From Dehalococcoidia bacterium (GTDB lineage Bacteria > Chloroflexota > Dehalococcoidia > Dehalococcoidales > W498), in the NCBI GenBank assembly GCA_011191875.1, contig DUFC01000004.1, forward strand, positions 6,345 to 70,344: a stretch of 64,000 nucleotides of DNA. The letters run 5' to 3'. Made by a program: the position numbers and the translations under genes. Positions within the stretch are counted from its first letter, which is position 1, and the number at the start of each line of letters is the position of its first letter. The notes beneath the pieces were generated by a model. It saw nothing but the letters and a program-made list of their open reading frames with translations. It was not told the origin of the DNA and did no database searches. Below are positions 42,420 to 52,390 of this stretch, in pieces.

Positions 42420-43985
42420 ATGGCTCCTCAAGTCTTTTATCGTAAGTGGCGTCCCCAAACTCTAGCTGAGGTAGTTGGGCAGGAACAGGTAACACAAACA
42501 CTACGCAATGCCCTCACTAGTGGTCGTGTAGCTCATGCCTATCTTTTCTATGGTCCTCGGGGAACCGGTAAGACCACCACCGGGCGCATTTTAGCTAAGG
42601 CAGTGAATTGTGTTACCAACGGCAAGGGTGAGCCCTGTAATACCTGCCACATCTGCCAGGCAATAACTGAAGGTAGGGCTTTAGATGTCATAGAAATCGA
42701 TGCTGCCAGTAATCGGGGTATTGATGAAATCCGAGACCTCCGTGAGAGGGTCAATTATGCTCCAAACCAAGCTCGCTATAAGGTCTATATCATAGATGAA
42801 GTCCATATGCTTACCAAAGAAGCCTCCAATGCCCTGCTCAAGACCCTCGAGGAACCACCACCCCATATTATCTTCATTCTAGCCACCACCGAAGTCCATA
42901 AAGTCCTGCCCACAATTCTGTCACGATGCCAGCGCTTTGATTTCCGGCGCATCCCCCAGGCAGATATAGTTTCAAAACTAACCCATATTTGTAGTGCCGA
43001 AAACATTCACATAGACCCAGAGGGTCTACGGCTTATTGCTAAGTTCGCCACCGGTAGTCTGCGAGACGCCGAAAACCTGCTGGAGCAGTTGACCGCCTAC
43101 TATGACTCCGAAATTGAACTCCGTCAGGTTCAGGCTATGCTGGGCATCACCGGGGACTGGCGAGCTAAAGACCTGGTAAAACACATCATAAATAACGATA
43201 TTTCTGCCGGGATGACAACCATAAACAGTGTTAACAGCGACGGTCTGGATTTAAAGCAATTCAATCGGGAGCTGGTAGAATACCTTAGAGGACTTCTGCT
43301 GATAAAGACCGGCTCTGACGAAGCTTTAGACTTTACTATCGAGGAAATAGCTGAACTGAAGGATTTAGCCGCTAAAGCTTCTCTTCCTCAGATATTGAAG
43401 GCAGTCAAGCTCTTTGGTCAGCTTGAGCTTGGTTTTGATAACTACTCTACCTTACCTCTTGAGTTAGCCCTAGTTGACTGTGTCCTGCCTGTTGAGGAGG
43501 AAAAGGAAGGCGCTACCACACAAACTGAATATGAATTTCGCCAGCCGGTAGAAGTGGCTCCTCCACCAGCCACTCCAACTGAACCCGAGCCGGTTAATGT
43601 GCTCACCCCACCAGCACCAGAGGTCGCCACTACTATAACCCCACCACAACCAGGTAGTGAAATTGAACAACTGAGACTAAACTGGAAGCGGGTTATTGAT
43701 GAAGCCCCAGCCAGCACTAAAAAAACCTATGCCATCGCTATTCTTAGAAGTGCTGGCGTCAAACCAGTAGCATTTGAAGACGATACCGTAGTCTTATCCT
43801 TCAGATATAACATTCATAAGGATAATATGGAGAAACCGGAAAATCAACGTGTTGCCGAAGAAATTATAGGTAACTTCCTAGGACGTCCCTGCCATGTGCG
43901 CTATGTTTACCAACCAGAAGATAATCACCTAGTGAATGCAGCCTTAAAAATGGGTGCTCAAATTATTGATGTGGAGGAGAAATGA
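42420..43985 (+). CDS. dnaX: DNA polymerase III subunit gamma/tau
   Basis: 521 aa. Walker A GPRGTGKTT, the Zn module C..C..C, DEVHML, SRC and a Pro-rich linker. Confidence 0.95.
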   Translation: MAPQVFYRKWRPQTLAEVVGQEQVTQTLRNALTSGRVAHAYLFYGPRGTGKTTTGRILAKAVNCVTNGKGEPCNTCHICQAITEGRALDVIEIDAASNRGIDEIRDLRERVNYAPNQARYKVYIIDEVHMLTKEASNALLKTLEEPPPHIIFILATTEVHKVLPTILSRCQRFDFRRIPQADIVSKLTHICSAENIHIDPEGLRLIAKFATGSLRDAENLLEQLTAYYDSEIELRQVQAMLGITGDWRAKDLVKHIINNDISAGMTTINSVNSDGLDLKQFNRELVEYLRGLLLIKTGSDEALDFTIEEIAELKDLAAKASLPQILKAVKLFGQLELGFDNYSTLPLELALVDCVLPVEEEKEGATTQTEYEFRQPVEVAPPPATPTEPEPVNVLTPPAPEVATTITPPQPGSEIEQLRLNWKRVIDEAPASTKKTYAIAILRSAGVKPVAFEDDTVVLSFRYNIHKDNMEKPENQRVAEEIIGNFLGRPCHVRYVYQPEDNHLVNAALKMGAQIIDVEEK

Positions 43986-44287
43986 ATCTATCTATGATAA
44001 ATCAAGCTCGGGAACTTAAATCAAAGCTAGACAAGGCTCAAAAGGAGTTAAGTGACACAATTATAGAAGTAAGCTCAAGCAGAGGTGCGGTTAAGATTAC
44101 CATTAATGGTCAACAAGAAATAAAGTCAATAAAAATATCTCCAGAGGTGATAAACCCCGATAAGGCAGAAAAGCTAGAAGAATTGGTGTTCAAAGCGGTG
44201 AACGAAGCTGTCACCAAATCTCAGAAAGTAGCCGCCAAGCAGCTAAAGGGGTTAACTGGAGGCCTTAAAATCCCAGGGCTATTCTAA
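43982..44287 (+). CDS. ybaB: Nucleoid-associated protein YbaB/EbfC
   Basis: 101 aa in the conserved position between dnaX and recR, with a coiled-coil N-terminus and G.GAVKITING. Confidence 0.85.
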   Translation: MNLSMINQARELKSKLDKAQKELSDTIIEVSSSRGAVKITINGQQEIKSIKISPEVINPDKAEKLEELVFKAVNEAVTKSQKVAAKQLKGLTGGLKIPGLF

Positions 44288-44308
44288 TATAGTCAAGGAG
44301 AGCTAATA

Positions 44309-44920
44309 TTGAATCAAAGTTTTACCTCTACCGCCGAAGCAATAAATATGCTCATCCAGGAGCTTAGCAAACTACCTGGCATCGGACCAAAGAGTGCCCA
44401 GCGTCTTACCTACTACCTGCTGCGTGCCCCTGAAGAGCAGACCAGGCTGCTGGCTGAAGCCATCTTATCAGTAAAACAGAGGACCAAGCTATGCTCCATT
44501 TGTTTTAATGTTACTGAGTCTGACCCTTGCCTAATCTGCCGCAGTGACCAGCGCAACCGCAACAAGATTTGCATTGTGGAACAGCCACAAGACATTTTAG
44601 CTCTAGAGCATACTAATATTTATAACGGTCTTTATCATGTGCTCCACGGTGCCATCTCACCTACTGAAGGAGTAGTAGCCAACGATATAAGAATTAAAGA
44701 ATTTATGAGCCGGTTACAGAGTAGCTCGGTAGACGAGGTCATTTTAGCTACTAACCCCAATCTTGAGGGAGAACAAACCGCTATGTATCTAAATAAACTG
44801 ATTTCACCCCTGGGCATCAGGGTTACCCGCCTCGCCCGGGGACTACCCTTCGGCACCGAACTGGAATACGCCGACGATGTTACCCTCACCCGAGCCATTG
44901 AGGGCAGGCAGGAGTTTTAG
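44309..44920 (+). CDS. recR: Recombination protein RecR
   Basis: 203 aa. [12 protein letters not shown] (HhH), the C4 zinc finger C..C...C..C and a Toprim domain. Confidence 0.95.
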   Translation: MNQSFTSTAEAINMLIQELSKLPGIGPKSAQRLTYYLLRAPEEQTRLLAEAILSVKQRTKLCSICFNVTESDPCLICRSDQRNRNKICIVEQPQDILALEHTNIYNGLYHVLHGAISPTEGVVANDIRIKEFMSRLQSSSVDEVILATNPNLEGEQTAMYLNKLISPLGIRVTRLARGLPFGTELEYADDVTLTRAIEGRQEF

Positions 44921-45012
44921 CTCCATTTACCCTAAATAAAGTAAACTCCAAGTTCGTCTATATGGCTTTTTAATTCTATTTTAGCTGAATAATAGAATAC
45001 AGAAGGAAAACT

Positions 45013-45405
45013 GTGAAACTATCAGTAGTAGACACGGAAAGATGTGTTGGTTGTCAGAGTTGCATGTTCGCATGTTCCAGGCGCCAGGGTGAAGCTGGGA
45101 TTGCTAGAACATGCATTGGGGTTAGGTCAGCTGGCGGCATGGAACGAGGATTTGTAGTTATAGTTTGTAGAGCCTGTAATGATCCGCCTTGTGCAAAAGT
45201 ATGCCCAACAGGTACCCTTAAGCCCAGAAGGGGAGGAGGGGTGCGTTTTGACATCACCAAATGTACCGGTTGTGGCCATTGCCGTGATGCTTGCCCTATA
45301 GGGTGTGTTTTTTGGGATGATGAGATTAATAAACCAATGATTTGTATTCACTGCGGTTATTGTGCCCAATTCTGTCCTTACGGAGTGCTGAAATTAGAGA
45401 GGTGA
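45013..45405 (+). CDS. 4Fe-4S dicluster ferredoxin-type protein (AOR partner)
   Basis: 130 aa with four CxxCxxC(xxx)C-type clusters (CVGCQSC, CRACNDPPC, CTGCGHCRDAC, CIHCGYCAQFC). GTG start. Confidence 0.85.
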   Translation: MKLSVVDTERCVGCQSCMFACSRRQGEAGIARTCIGVRSAGGMERGFVVIVCRACNDPPCAKVCPTGTLKPRRGGGVRFDITKCTGCGHCRDACPIGCVFWDDEINKPMICIHCGYCAQFCPYGVLKLER

Positions 45406-45415
45406 AAGGTTAGAT

Positions 45416-47176
45416 ATGCTCCAAGACGATACCCTGGCTAATGTTCTTTACATCGATCTCTCCAAGAAGCATTTCTGGATTGAGAAAAGGCAAGACCTTT
45501 TTGATAAATTCATAGGTGGCGTTGGTGTTGCTACTCAGCTTCTTCACGAGGAATGTCCTAAAGGCGCTGACCCCCTCGGTCCTGAAAATCCAATAATATT
45601 CGCTGTAGGTCCTCTAACGGGGTTGTTTCCTCTTGCCTCGAAAACCGTCGCCATGTTTAAGTCACCTCACACAGGCAATCTGGGCGAGAGTCACTGTGGT
45701 GGACGAAGCGCTATTGCTATCCGTATGGCGGGATATGGTGCTATTGTAATAAAGGGTGCCAGTAATACCCCCCTCTACCTAGCTATCCACAACAATCGAA
45801 TCTATTTCCGGGATGCCTCCTCCTTGTGGGGAATCGGAAGTTGCATTACCGTAGGTCGCATTATTAGAGAAAACGAGCCGGCAGCAGGTTTGAGAACAAT
45901 TATGCGCATCGGCACAGCCGGGGAAAAACTTGTCTCATACGCATGTGTAACTACAGAAACTTATAGGCATTTTGGTAGGCTCGGACTAGGCGCAGTTTTT
46001 GGCAGCAAGAAGCTTAAAGCTATTGTAATCTCGGGTAAACGTTCACTTCCCATAAGTGACACGAAACTATATCAGAAGGTGTATGACGAGATTTACCAAG
46101 CCGCTACAGGCTCTCCAGTAATGAAAAAATATCATGGTCTCGGCACGGCTGAGAATATTCTACCTTTAAATGAGTTCGGTGGGCTTCCCACGCGAAATCT
46201 CGAGAAGGCAAAATTCGAAGGAGCCTTGGATATTTCTGGTGAGACATTTGCAGAACAATATTTGGGTAGACGGCTTGCCTGTTCTCACTGTCCAGTGGGG
46301 TGCATACATATTGCTGCGCTCAGGGAACCTTATGGAGATGAACTATATTTCTATAAAACCTCCATGTTCTCTTATGACTTTGAACCCATCTATGCTCTGG
46401 GCTCCATGCTGGGTGTGTCTGAGCCTAAGGGCTTCCTTAAGTTGATGGAGCAGATAGAAGTATTGGGTCTGGACGTTATGAGTACAGGGGTGGTCTTGGC
46501 CTGGGCAACGGAAGCCCAACAAAAAGGTATTATCTCTAAGAAGGAAACAATGGGCATCAAGCTTAGCTGGGGGGATCACACTGCCTATATGGACACGGTG
46601 TCACTAATTATAAAACAACCGAATGAATTTTTCGAGGCACTCTCATGTGGAGTCGAACATGCCGCCTCCCTGTATGGAGGACAAGATTATGCCCTAGCTT
46701 TTGGCGGAAACGAAATGCCAGGATATCATACAGGACCGGGAGCACACATAGGTGTTTTAATTGGAGCAAGACACAGCCACCTAGACAACGCTGGATATAG
46801 TATCGATCAAAAGGCCAAAATCAAGGAAAACCTTGGCTCTGCTGAAGAACTTGCCGAATCCTTACTGGCTGAAGAACGCTGGCGTCAGATTCTGGCGAGT
46901 CTCGTAATTTGTTTCTTTGCCAGAGGAATATACCAGCCAGATGTTGTCTTAAAAGCACTCCATTTAACAGGTTTTGATGTTACTCCTGAGGCTCTCCTTG
47001 GTATTGGAGAAGAAATACACAAAGAAAAATACAGGTTCAAGACTCGAGAAGGTTTTTCTTTGGATAAGCTCCGTTTACCTAAGCGAATTCTTGAAACTCC
47101 TTCGCCTCTCGGCAAATTGGATGAGAAATTCATTCACAGGGCAATTGAATATGTCAAGAAAAGTCTCTCCAAATAA
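45416..47176 (+). CDS. aor: Aldehyde:ferredoxin oxidoreductase family (tungstopterin enzyme)
   Basis: 586 aa. The AFOR N-terminal domain (GG.G..T.LL, GPLTG) and the Cys motif C..CPVGC. Confidence 0.88.
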   Translation: MLQDDTLANVLYIDLSKKHFWIEKRQDLFDKFIGGVGVATQLLHEECPKGADPLGPENPIIFAVGPLTGLFPLASKTVAMFKSPHTGNLGESHCGGRSAIAIRMAGYGAIVIKGASNTPLYLAIHNNRIYFRDASSLWGIGSCITVGRIIRENEPAAGLRTIMRIGTAGEKLVSYACVTTETYRHFGRLGLGAVFGSKKLKAIVISGKRSLPISDTKLYQKVYDEIYQAATGSPVMKKYHGLGTAENILPLNEFGGLPTRNLEKAKFEGALDISGETFAEQYLGRRLACSHCPVGCIHIAALREPYGDELYFYKTSMFSYDFEPIYALGSMLGVSEPKGFLKLMEQIEVLGLDVMSTGVVLAWATEAQQKGIISKKETMGIKLSWGDHTAYMDTVSLIIKQPNEFFEALSCGVEHAASLYGGQDYALAFGGNEMPGYHTGPGAHIGVLIGARHSHLDNAGYSIDQKAKIKENLGSAEELAESLLAEERWRQILASLVICFFARGIYQPDVVLKALHLTGFDVTPEALLGIGEEIHKEKYRFKTREGFSLDKLRLPKRILETPSPLGKLDEKFIHRAIEYVKKSLSK

Positions 47177-47181
47177 GGAGC

Positions 47182-47994
47182 TTGAGACACTGGGGAGACC
47201 AGAAAACAATAATTATAATGTCTAAACCGCGGAATTATCAGTCGGAAGCTATTATTATCAAGAAGACCAAGTTGGGGGAGGCGGATAGAATCCTTACACT
47301 CTATACCCCCCACCTGGGTAAGATTCAAGCGGTAGCTAAGGGAGTGCGACGCCCCAGGAGCAAACTAGCTGGACACCTTGAACTGCTCACCCATAGCCAG
47401 GTTTCGTTCGCTAGAGGGCGTAACCTGGATACCATAACCGGGAGTCAAACCATTAATAGCTTCCTCCCGTTGAAAAGCGACCTGCAACTTACCTCCTATG
47501 CTCTTTATACCACCGAGTTAGTTAATCAATTCACCGCCGACCATATTGAAAATCACCCTTTGTTCCAACTACTACTTGACACAATGCACCGCCTATGCCA
47601 GGGCAGTGATAATGAGCTGGTCTTGCGCTACTTTGAACTGCAACTCCTCAACCAAGTTGGCTACCGACCTCAACTTCATCAGTGTGTCTCTTGCCGGTCA
47701 AGGCTGGAGCCTACCACCAACTCATTCTGCCCTAGTGCCGGTGGCATGCTATGCCCCAGTTGCCGTCAAAGCCAGCCTTTAACCTATCCCCTTTCCGTTA
47801 ACGGTCTAAAAGTTCTACGATTACTCCAGAATAGTGATTATTATACTGCCAGCAGGTTAAGATTGACCCCAGAGCTATCCCGGGAATTGGAGGGGGTGAT
47901 GAGAGACTATACTAGATACCTCCTGGAACGAGAGGTAAAGTCAGCCACCTGGCTGGATACCTTAAGTCGCTTCGCTCCAAATCCAAATATATAA
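47182..47994 (+). CDS. recO: DNA repair protein RecO
   Basis: AIIIKKTKLGEADRILTLYTP (OB fold) and a C4 zinc motif C..C....C..C. The ATG at 47218 is an equally plausible start. Confidence 0.88.
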   Translation: MRHWGDQKTIIIMSKPRNYQSEAIIIKKTKLGEADRILTLYTPHLGKIQAVAKGVRRPRSKLAGHLELLTHSQVSFARGRNLDTITGSQTINSFLPLKSDLQLTSYALYTTELVNQFTADHIENHPLFQLLLDTMHRLCQGSDNELVLRYFELQLLNQVGYRPQLHQCVSCRSRLEPTTNSFCPSAGGMLCPSCRQSQPLTYPLSVNGLKVLRLLQNSDYYTASRLRLTPELSRELEGVMRDYTRYLLEREVKSATWLDTLSRFAPNPNI

Positions 47995-48200
47995 GCACTA
48001 AATCCTAATCATATGGGTCATTTGGTCATTAGTGCTTTGTATTTGTTCCGAGAATAGAATGCCTTAGTCCTCCTGTCATTCTGAGCCCATTCGCTTCCTG
48101 TCATTCCTCGATTCGCTCAGGGTGACATAGAAGTGGCTGAATGCTTACCACGCTTTTTCATCATTCGTTGGTCCTTCTACGAATGATAGTCCTTCTTTGA
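47995..48200. repeat. Composite intergenic repeat (modules shared with 25200..25700)
   Basis: CACTAAATCCTAA (also at 25209), ATTTGTT..GAG...CTTAGTCCTC (compare 25311-25333), then the GTCATTCTGAGC / GTCATTCCTCG variants and CCTTCTTTGAAGG hairpins. Confidence 0.7.
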
Positions 48201-48374
48201 AGGAGAATTTGCTGGTATCCTCCTTATACTCAAGTATTTATGTCGTCACATATAAACAACCTCACAATTTATGTTTTACTATAGACGAGAGATAGCATAT
48301 AATAGCTTATACTATACGGCTGAGAGCCTGAAGCTTTTATTCTTTTTGTTATATCATAAGGTAAAAGGATAGAG

Positions 48375-49856
48375 ATGACATCCCGAATAGACCGCATAGC
48401 TCAACAACGACAGCAAAAGCTTGACCGGATTCGTGCCTGCGGCATTAATCCCTACCCCCATAAATATCACCGCAGCCACACCACACACCAAGCTATAGCT
48501 CTACTTGAGCAACAAGAGGGTTCAAGTACAGTAGAAGCTACAGTAGTTAATCTTGCCGGGCGGGTTATGGCTAACCGACCTATGGGTAAAATCTCCTTTC
48601 TTGATATACACGATAGCTCAGGCAAAATACAGCTATACTTCCATAAAGAACACCTTAGTGAGGAAAACCTTGGACTGTTTAAGGATTTAGATATAGGTGA
48701 TATCATCGGGGTCAGCGGCAAGCTTTTTCGTACAAAAACTAGTGAACCAACCCTTGAGGTAGAAAATTTCACCCTGCTGGCGAAGGCACTTCAACCCCTG
48801 CCTGAAAAGTGGCACGGGCTCAGTGATATAGATAAACGATACCGCCAACGTTACCTTGACCTCATCGCTAATACCGAGACAAAAGAAATCTTCAAGATGC
48901 GTAGCCAGGTTATTACCGCTATACGGCAATTCCTCAACCAGCGAGGATTCCTGGAGGTTGAAACACCGGTGCTTCAGCCGTCAGCCGGGGGTGCCTTAGC
49001 CCGCCCCTTTGTTACTCATCATCACACCCTTGACCAGGATTTCTATCTACGCATCGCTCTTGAGCTCCATCTCAAACGACTGATTATAGGCGGATTTGAC
49101 AAGGTATACGAGCTGGGTCGTATTTTCCGTAACGAGGGTATCTCCACCAAGCACAATCCCGAGTTCACCATGCTGGAAAGCTATGAAGCCTATGCTGACT
49201 ATAATGATGTAATGAGCACGGTTGAGGAGATGGTATCCAAAGTTAGCCAGCAGATTCTGGGCACCGACAAGATTGAGTTCGGTGGTAATACCCTTAACCT
49301 CAAACCCCCGTGGCAGCGTATTAGTTTGCAACAAACAATTGAGAAATATAGTGGTATTGACTTTAAGAAATATCCCGATACCGATTCGCTTAGGAATGAG
49401 ATGTTAAAGTTAAAAATGGAAGTTGACCCGCAGAAAGACAGGGGTAGGCTTATAGATGAGCTTATTTCAACCTTTGTTGAGCCAAACCTGGTGCAGCCCA
49501 CCTTCCTTTTAGATTATCCGGTAGACATGTCACCCCTAGCCAAGACCAAGCCCGATGATGACCGCCTGGTAGAGCGTTTTGAAGCCTTCGCCGGAGGAAT
49601 GGAAATTGCCAACGCCTTCACCGAACTCAACGACCCCATAGAGCAAAGACAGCGCTTCCTTAAGCAACAGGAGGAGCGCCAGGCAGAAGGTGAGGCAGTG
49701 GAAACCATTGACCAGGATTTTCTGTTAGCGTTGGAGTATGGTATGCCCCCTACCGGTGGGCTAGGTGTTGGCATCGACCGCCTGGTGATGCTACTCACCG
49801 GTCAGCAGTCAATTCGCCAGGTAATCCTGTTCCCTCAACTTAAGGAAAAACCATAA
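48375..49856 (+). CDS. lysS: Lysine--tRNA ligase (class II)
   Basis: 493 aa with an OB anticodon-binding domain and class II motifs (FRNEG, GGLGVGIDRL). Confidence 0.95.
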   Translation: MTSRIDRIAQQRQQKLDRIRACGINPYPHKYHRSHTTHQAIALLEQQEGSSTVEATVVNLAGRVMANRPMGKISFLDIHDSSGKIQLYFHKEHLSEENLGLFKDLDIGDIIGVSGKLFRTKTSEPTLEVENFTLLAKALQPLPEKWHGLSDIDKRYRQRYLDLIANTETKEIFKMRSQVITAIRQFLNQRGFLEVETPVLQPSAGGALARPFVTHHHTLDQDFYLRIALELHLKRLIIGGFDKVYELGRIFRNEGISTKHNPEFTMLESYEAYADYNDVMSTVEEMVSKVSQQILGTDKIEFGGNTLNLKPPWQRISLQQTIEKYSGIDFKKYPDTDSLRNEMLKLKMEVDPQKDRGRLIDELISTFVEPNLVQPTFLLDYPVDMSPLAKTKPDDDRLVERFEAFAGGMEIANAFTELNDPIEQRQRFLKQQEERQAEGEAVETIDQDFLLALEYGMPPTGGLGVGIDRLVMLLTGQQSIRQVILFPQLKEKP

Positions 49857-49866
49857 GGAGGGAGAA

Positions 49867-50442
49867 ATGTCGCTTATACCGGCTTTTAAAATAGGTTTAT
49901 GGAATGCCTGGATTTTTATGGCTTATCTGTTACTATCTTTTATTCCTTTTGTATATGTAGCTATCAAGAAAAGTGTGCCTTCTGTTGAAGAGAGCGGACT
50001 GTCCAGGGTCGCCAAGGTATTTGCCGGTTCTTCTAAATTGCTTCTATTTCCAGCAATGGTATATTCCATATTTCTGCAGATGAAACTTGGCACGGCATGG
50101 TTTTATGTAGGCCTGCCCATTACTTTGATAGGACTGATTGCCTACACCATAGTACTGGTAAACTGGGCTACCACTCCATTAAGTAATCATGTTTCTAGAG
50201 GGCTATATCGCTACTCACGGCATCCGATGTATGTTACCATGTTCGTCTTCTTATTGGGTCTGGGCATAGTCACCGCTTCCTGGGTTTTATTTCTGCTTTT
50301 TATCGTATTCGTGGTAGGCTGTGTTGTTTTCGTAAATGTTGAAGAACAGAGCTGCTTAGACAAGTGGGGTGATGCCTATCGCGAATATATGGACAGAACC
50401 CCAAAATGGATAGGAATACCGAAATCAGGAGAAAGTTATTGA
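49867..50442 (+). CDS. ICMT/PEMT-like membrane methyltransferase family protein
   Basis: 191 aa, multi-TM, with GLYRYSRHPMY and EE..L...G..YREYM..TP. Confidence 0.7.
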   Translation: MSLIPAFKIGLWNAWIFMAYLLLSFIPFVYVAIKKSVPSVEESGLSRVAKVFAGSSKLLLFPAMVYSIFLQMKLGTAWFYVGLPITLIGLIAYTIVLVNWATTPLSNHVSRGLYRYSRHPMYVTMFVFLLGLGIVTASWVLFLLFIVFVVGCVVFVNVEEQSCLDKWGDAYREYMDRTPKWIGIPKSGESY

Positions 50443-50600
50443 TATGTTCCTTCATTTGCACTATTATTTTAGAGCGATGAAAAACATGATAAGGAGAGTC
50501 AATGAGAGGTGAAGCCTCTCTTATACAACCAATTCCCTTTCCCCTTAACAAGGGGAAGGGGAAAAAGGGGATAGGGTTAATAATCTCATAAGGAGAACCT

Positions 50601-51842
50601 ATGCTTGACCTGAAATTCATCCGTGAAAATACAGACCTGGTGCGAGAGGCACTAGATAATCGTCAGGACACTGCTCCACTGAACGAAATCCTGCTGCTTG
50701 ATATAGAGCACCGCCAGAAAGTGATTGAGTTGGAAAGCTTCAGGCATGTCCGAAAAGAGGCTGCCCGAGAAAGGAGACAGGTTTCTACAGATGAGGGGCG
50801 TGGTCTGCGTGCCACTATAAGAGCCCTGGAGGAAGAAGTCACAAGCCTAAACAAGCAACTACAAGAACTACTACTACAGGTGCCCAATATCCCTCACCCT
50901 TCGGTACCCATAGGCGTAGATGAAAACGACAATATCGTGTTGCGCTCCTGGGGAGAACCAGGACGCTTTGATTTCCCCCCAGCCCCCCACTGGAAACTGG
51001 GTGAATCTCTGGGCATCATTGATTTTGAGAGGGGAGTAAAACTATCGGGCACCCGCTTCTATATTCTTAAAGGATTGGGCGCCCGTCTGCAAAGAGCCCT
51101 CATCTCCTTTATGCTTGACCTTCATACCACCGAGCATGGCTACAATGAAGTATACCCGCCATTCATGGTCAAGAGAGAATGTATGGTCGGCTCGGGTAAC
51201 CTGCCTAAATTTGCCGATAATTTATATCACGATGAAGAAGATGACTTCTGGTTTGTGCCTACGGCTGAGGTGCCAATCACCAATCTCCACCGTGATGAGA
51301 TTATACCGCCCGGAATCTTACCCCTATATTATGTAGCCTATACCGCCTGCTTTCGCCGGGAGAAGATGTCAGCCGGTAAGGATACCCGAGGCTTAAAACG
51401 AGGGCACCAGTTTGATAAGGTAGAGCTATATAAATTCACCGAGCCGTCTGCCTCCGACCAGGAATTGGAAAAATTGACAAACGATGCCGAACAGGTTTGC
51501 CAGAAGCTGGAGCTTCCCTACCGTATAAAGCAACTTTGCACCGCTGACCTGGGCTTCGCTTCCACCAAGTCCTATGACATTGAAATGTGGGCTCCTGGCT
51601 GTGGTGAGTGGCTGGAGGTAAGCTCCTGCTCCAACTGCGGTGATTTTCAAGCCAGGCGGACTAACATCCGCTACCGGCCCTCCCCTGAGGCTAAACCCCA
51701 GTTTGCCCACACCTTGAATGGCTCCGGTCTAGCCCTGCCCCGGGTGCTTATAGCCATAATGGAAAACTACCAGCAAGCCGACCGCAGCATCTTAATCCCC
51801 GAAGTCCTCCAGCCCTATGTTGGGGAGAAGGTGATTAAGTAG
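50601..51842 (+). CDS. serS: Serine--tRNA ligase
   Basis: 413 aa with a coiled-coil N-terminus and class II motifs (FRRE, GSGLA.PR). Confidence 0.95.
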   Translation: MLDLKFIRENTDLVREALDNRQDTAPLNEILLLDIEHRQKVIELESFRHVRKEAARERRQVSTDEGRGLRATIRALEEEVTSLNKQLQELLLQVPNIPHPSVPIGVDENDNIVLRSWGEPGRFDFPPAPHWKLGESLGIIDFERGVKLSGTRFYILKGLGARLQRALISFMLDLHTTEHGYNEVYPPFMVKRECMVGSGNLPKFADNLYHDEEDDFWFVPTAEVPITNLHRDEIIPPGILPLYYVAYTACFRREKMSAGKDTRGLKRGHQFDKVELYKFTEPSASDQELEKLTNDAEQVCQKLELPYRIKQLCTADLGFASTKSYDIEMWAPGCGEWLEVSSCSNCGDFQARRTNIRYRPSPEAKPQFAHTLNGSGLALPRVLIAIMENYQQADRSILIPEVLQPYVGEKVIK

Positions 51843-52060
51843 AATATTATTTGTAACCCCATCCCCTATATTCCCTCTCTAAGTCAAGTCTGCAACTTCC
51901 CCTTAGCAAGAGGAAAGGTAATATTCTTTTTAAAGTGTGTAGCGCCTCTTAAATACCCAACATCATCTATCCAGGTTAAGGAGAGGCAAAGATTAGCTCC
52001 GCTTCTCTTTATATATCCCTCCCCCTCCGCCGTCTTATAAAAGTATTTACAAGGAGCATA

Positions 52061-52124
52061 GCGACGAAGCAAACTAAAAGATTAAGATTGCTTCGCCCTT
52101 CTCTGGAAGGACTCGCAATTATAC
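52061..52124. repeat. Hairpin repeat family, copy R6 (reverse orientation, degenerate)
   Basis: The reverse complement reads TAATTGCGAGTCCTTCCAGAGAAGGGCGAAGCAATCTTAATC. CGAAGCAA / TTGCTTCG form an 8-bp stem. Confidence 0.6.
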
Positions 52125-52307
52125 ACCAGACAGAAGGATAGGGGAGATAAATTCCGTTAGAGTTCCCTCTGGGTTGAAGCCCTTAAGGCCAGAGCCTAAC
52201 GGGGTAAAGGGGTAGACAGATTCCGCCCTAGGTGGAGGTGTGGTATATAAACAACCACTATAAGACAGTCTCCGATTTTAGTACGTTTGGCTACCAGCCC
52301 CAATTGG

Positions 52308-52350
52308 TGAAAATATTTTAGGGGGTGAGGTCTCGGTAGACCCCACCCCC
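52308..52350 (-). terminator. Rho-independent terminator after the MerR-family gene
   Basis: The minus strand reads GGGGGTGGGGTCTACCGAGACCTCACCCCC followed by TAAAATATTTT. It lies 40 nt past the stop at 52391. Confidence 0.6.
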
Positions 52351-52390
52351 CTTTGCTATCTACTCCGCACGAAGTTACATATTTCCCCAG

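Noticed and set aside
43711-43760. An A7 run (43719..43725, codons AAA AAA at Lys434-435) in dnaX as a programmed -1 frameshift or transcriptional-slippage site producing a gamma subunit. The -1 frame stops 7 codons later.
   Set aside because: There is no upstream SD-like stimulator. The only nearby helix (CCAGCACT/AGTGCTGG) encloses the run rather than following it. The site falls inside the C-terminal domain rather than before it. A single A7 run is easily due to chance. It is worth testing only if gamma is detected experimentally.
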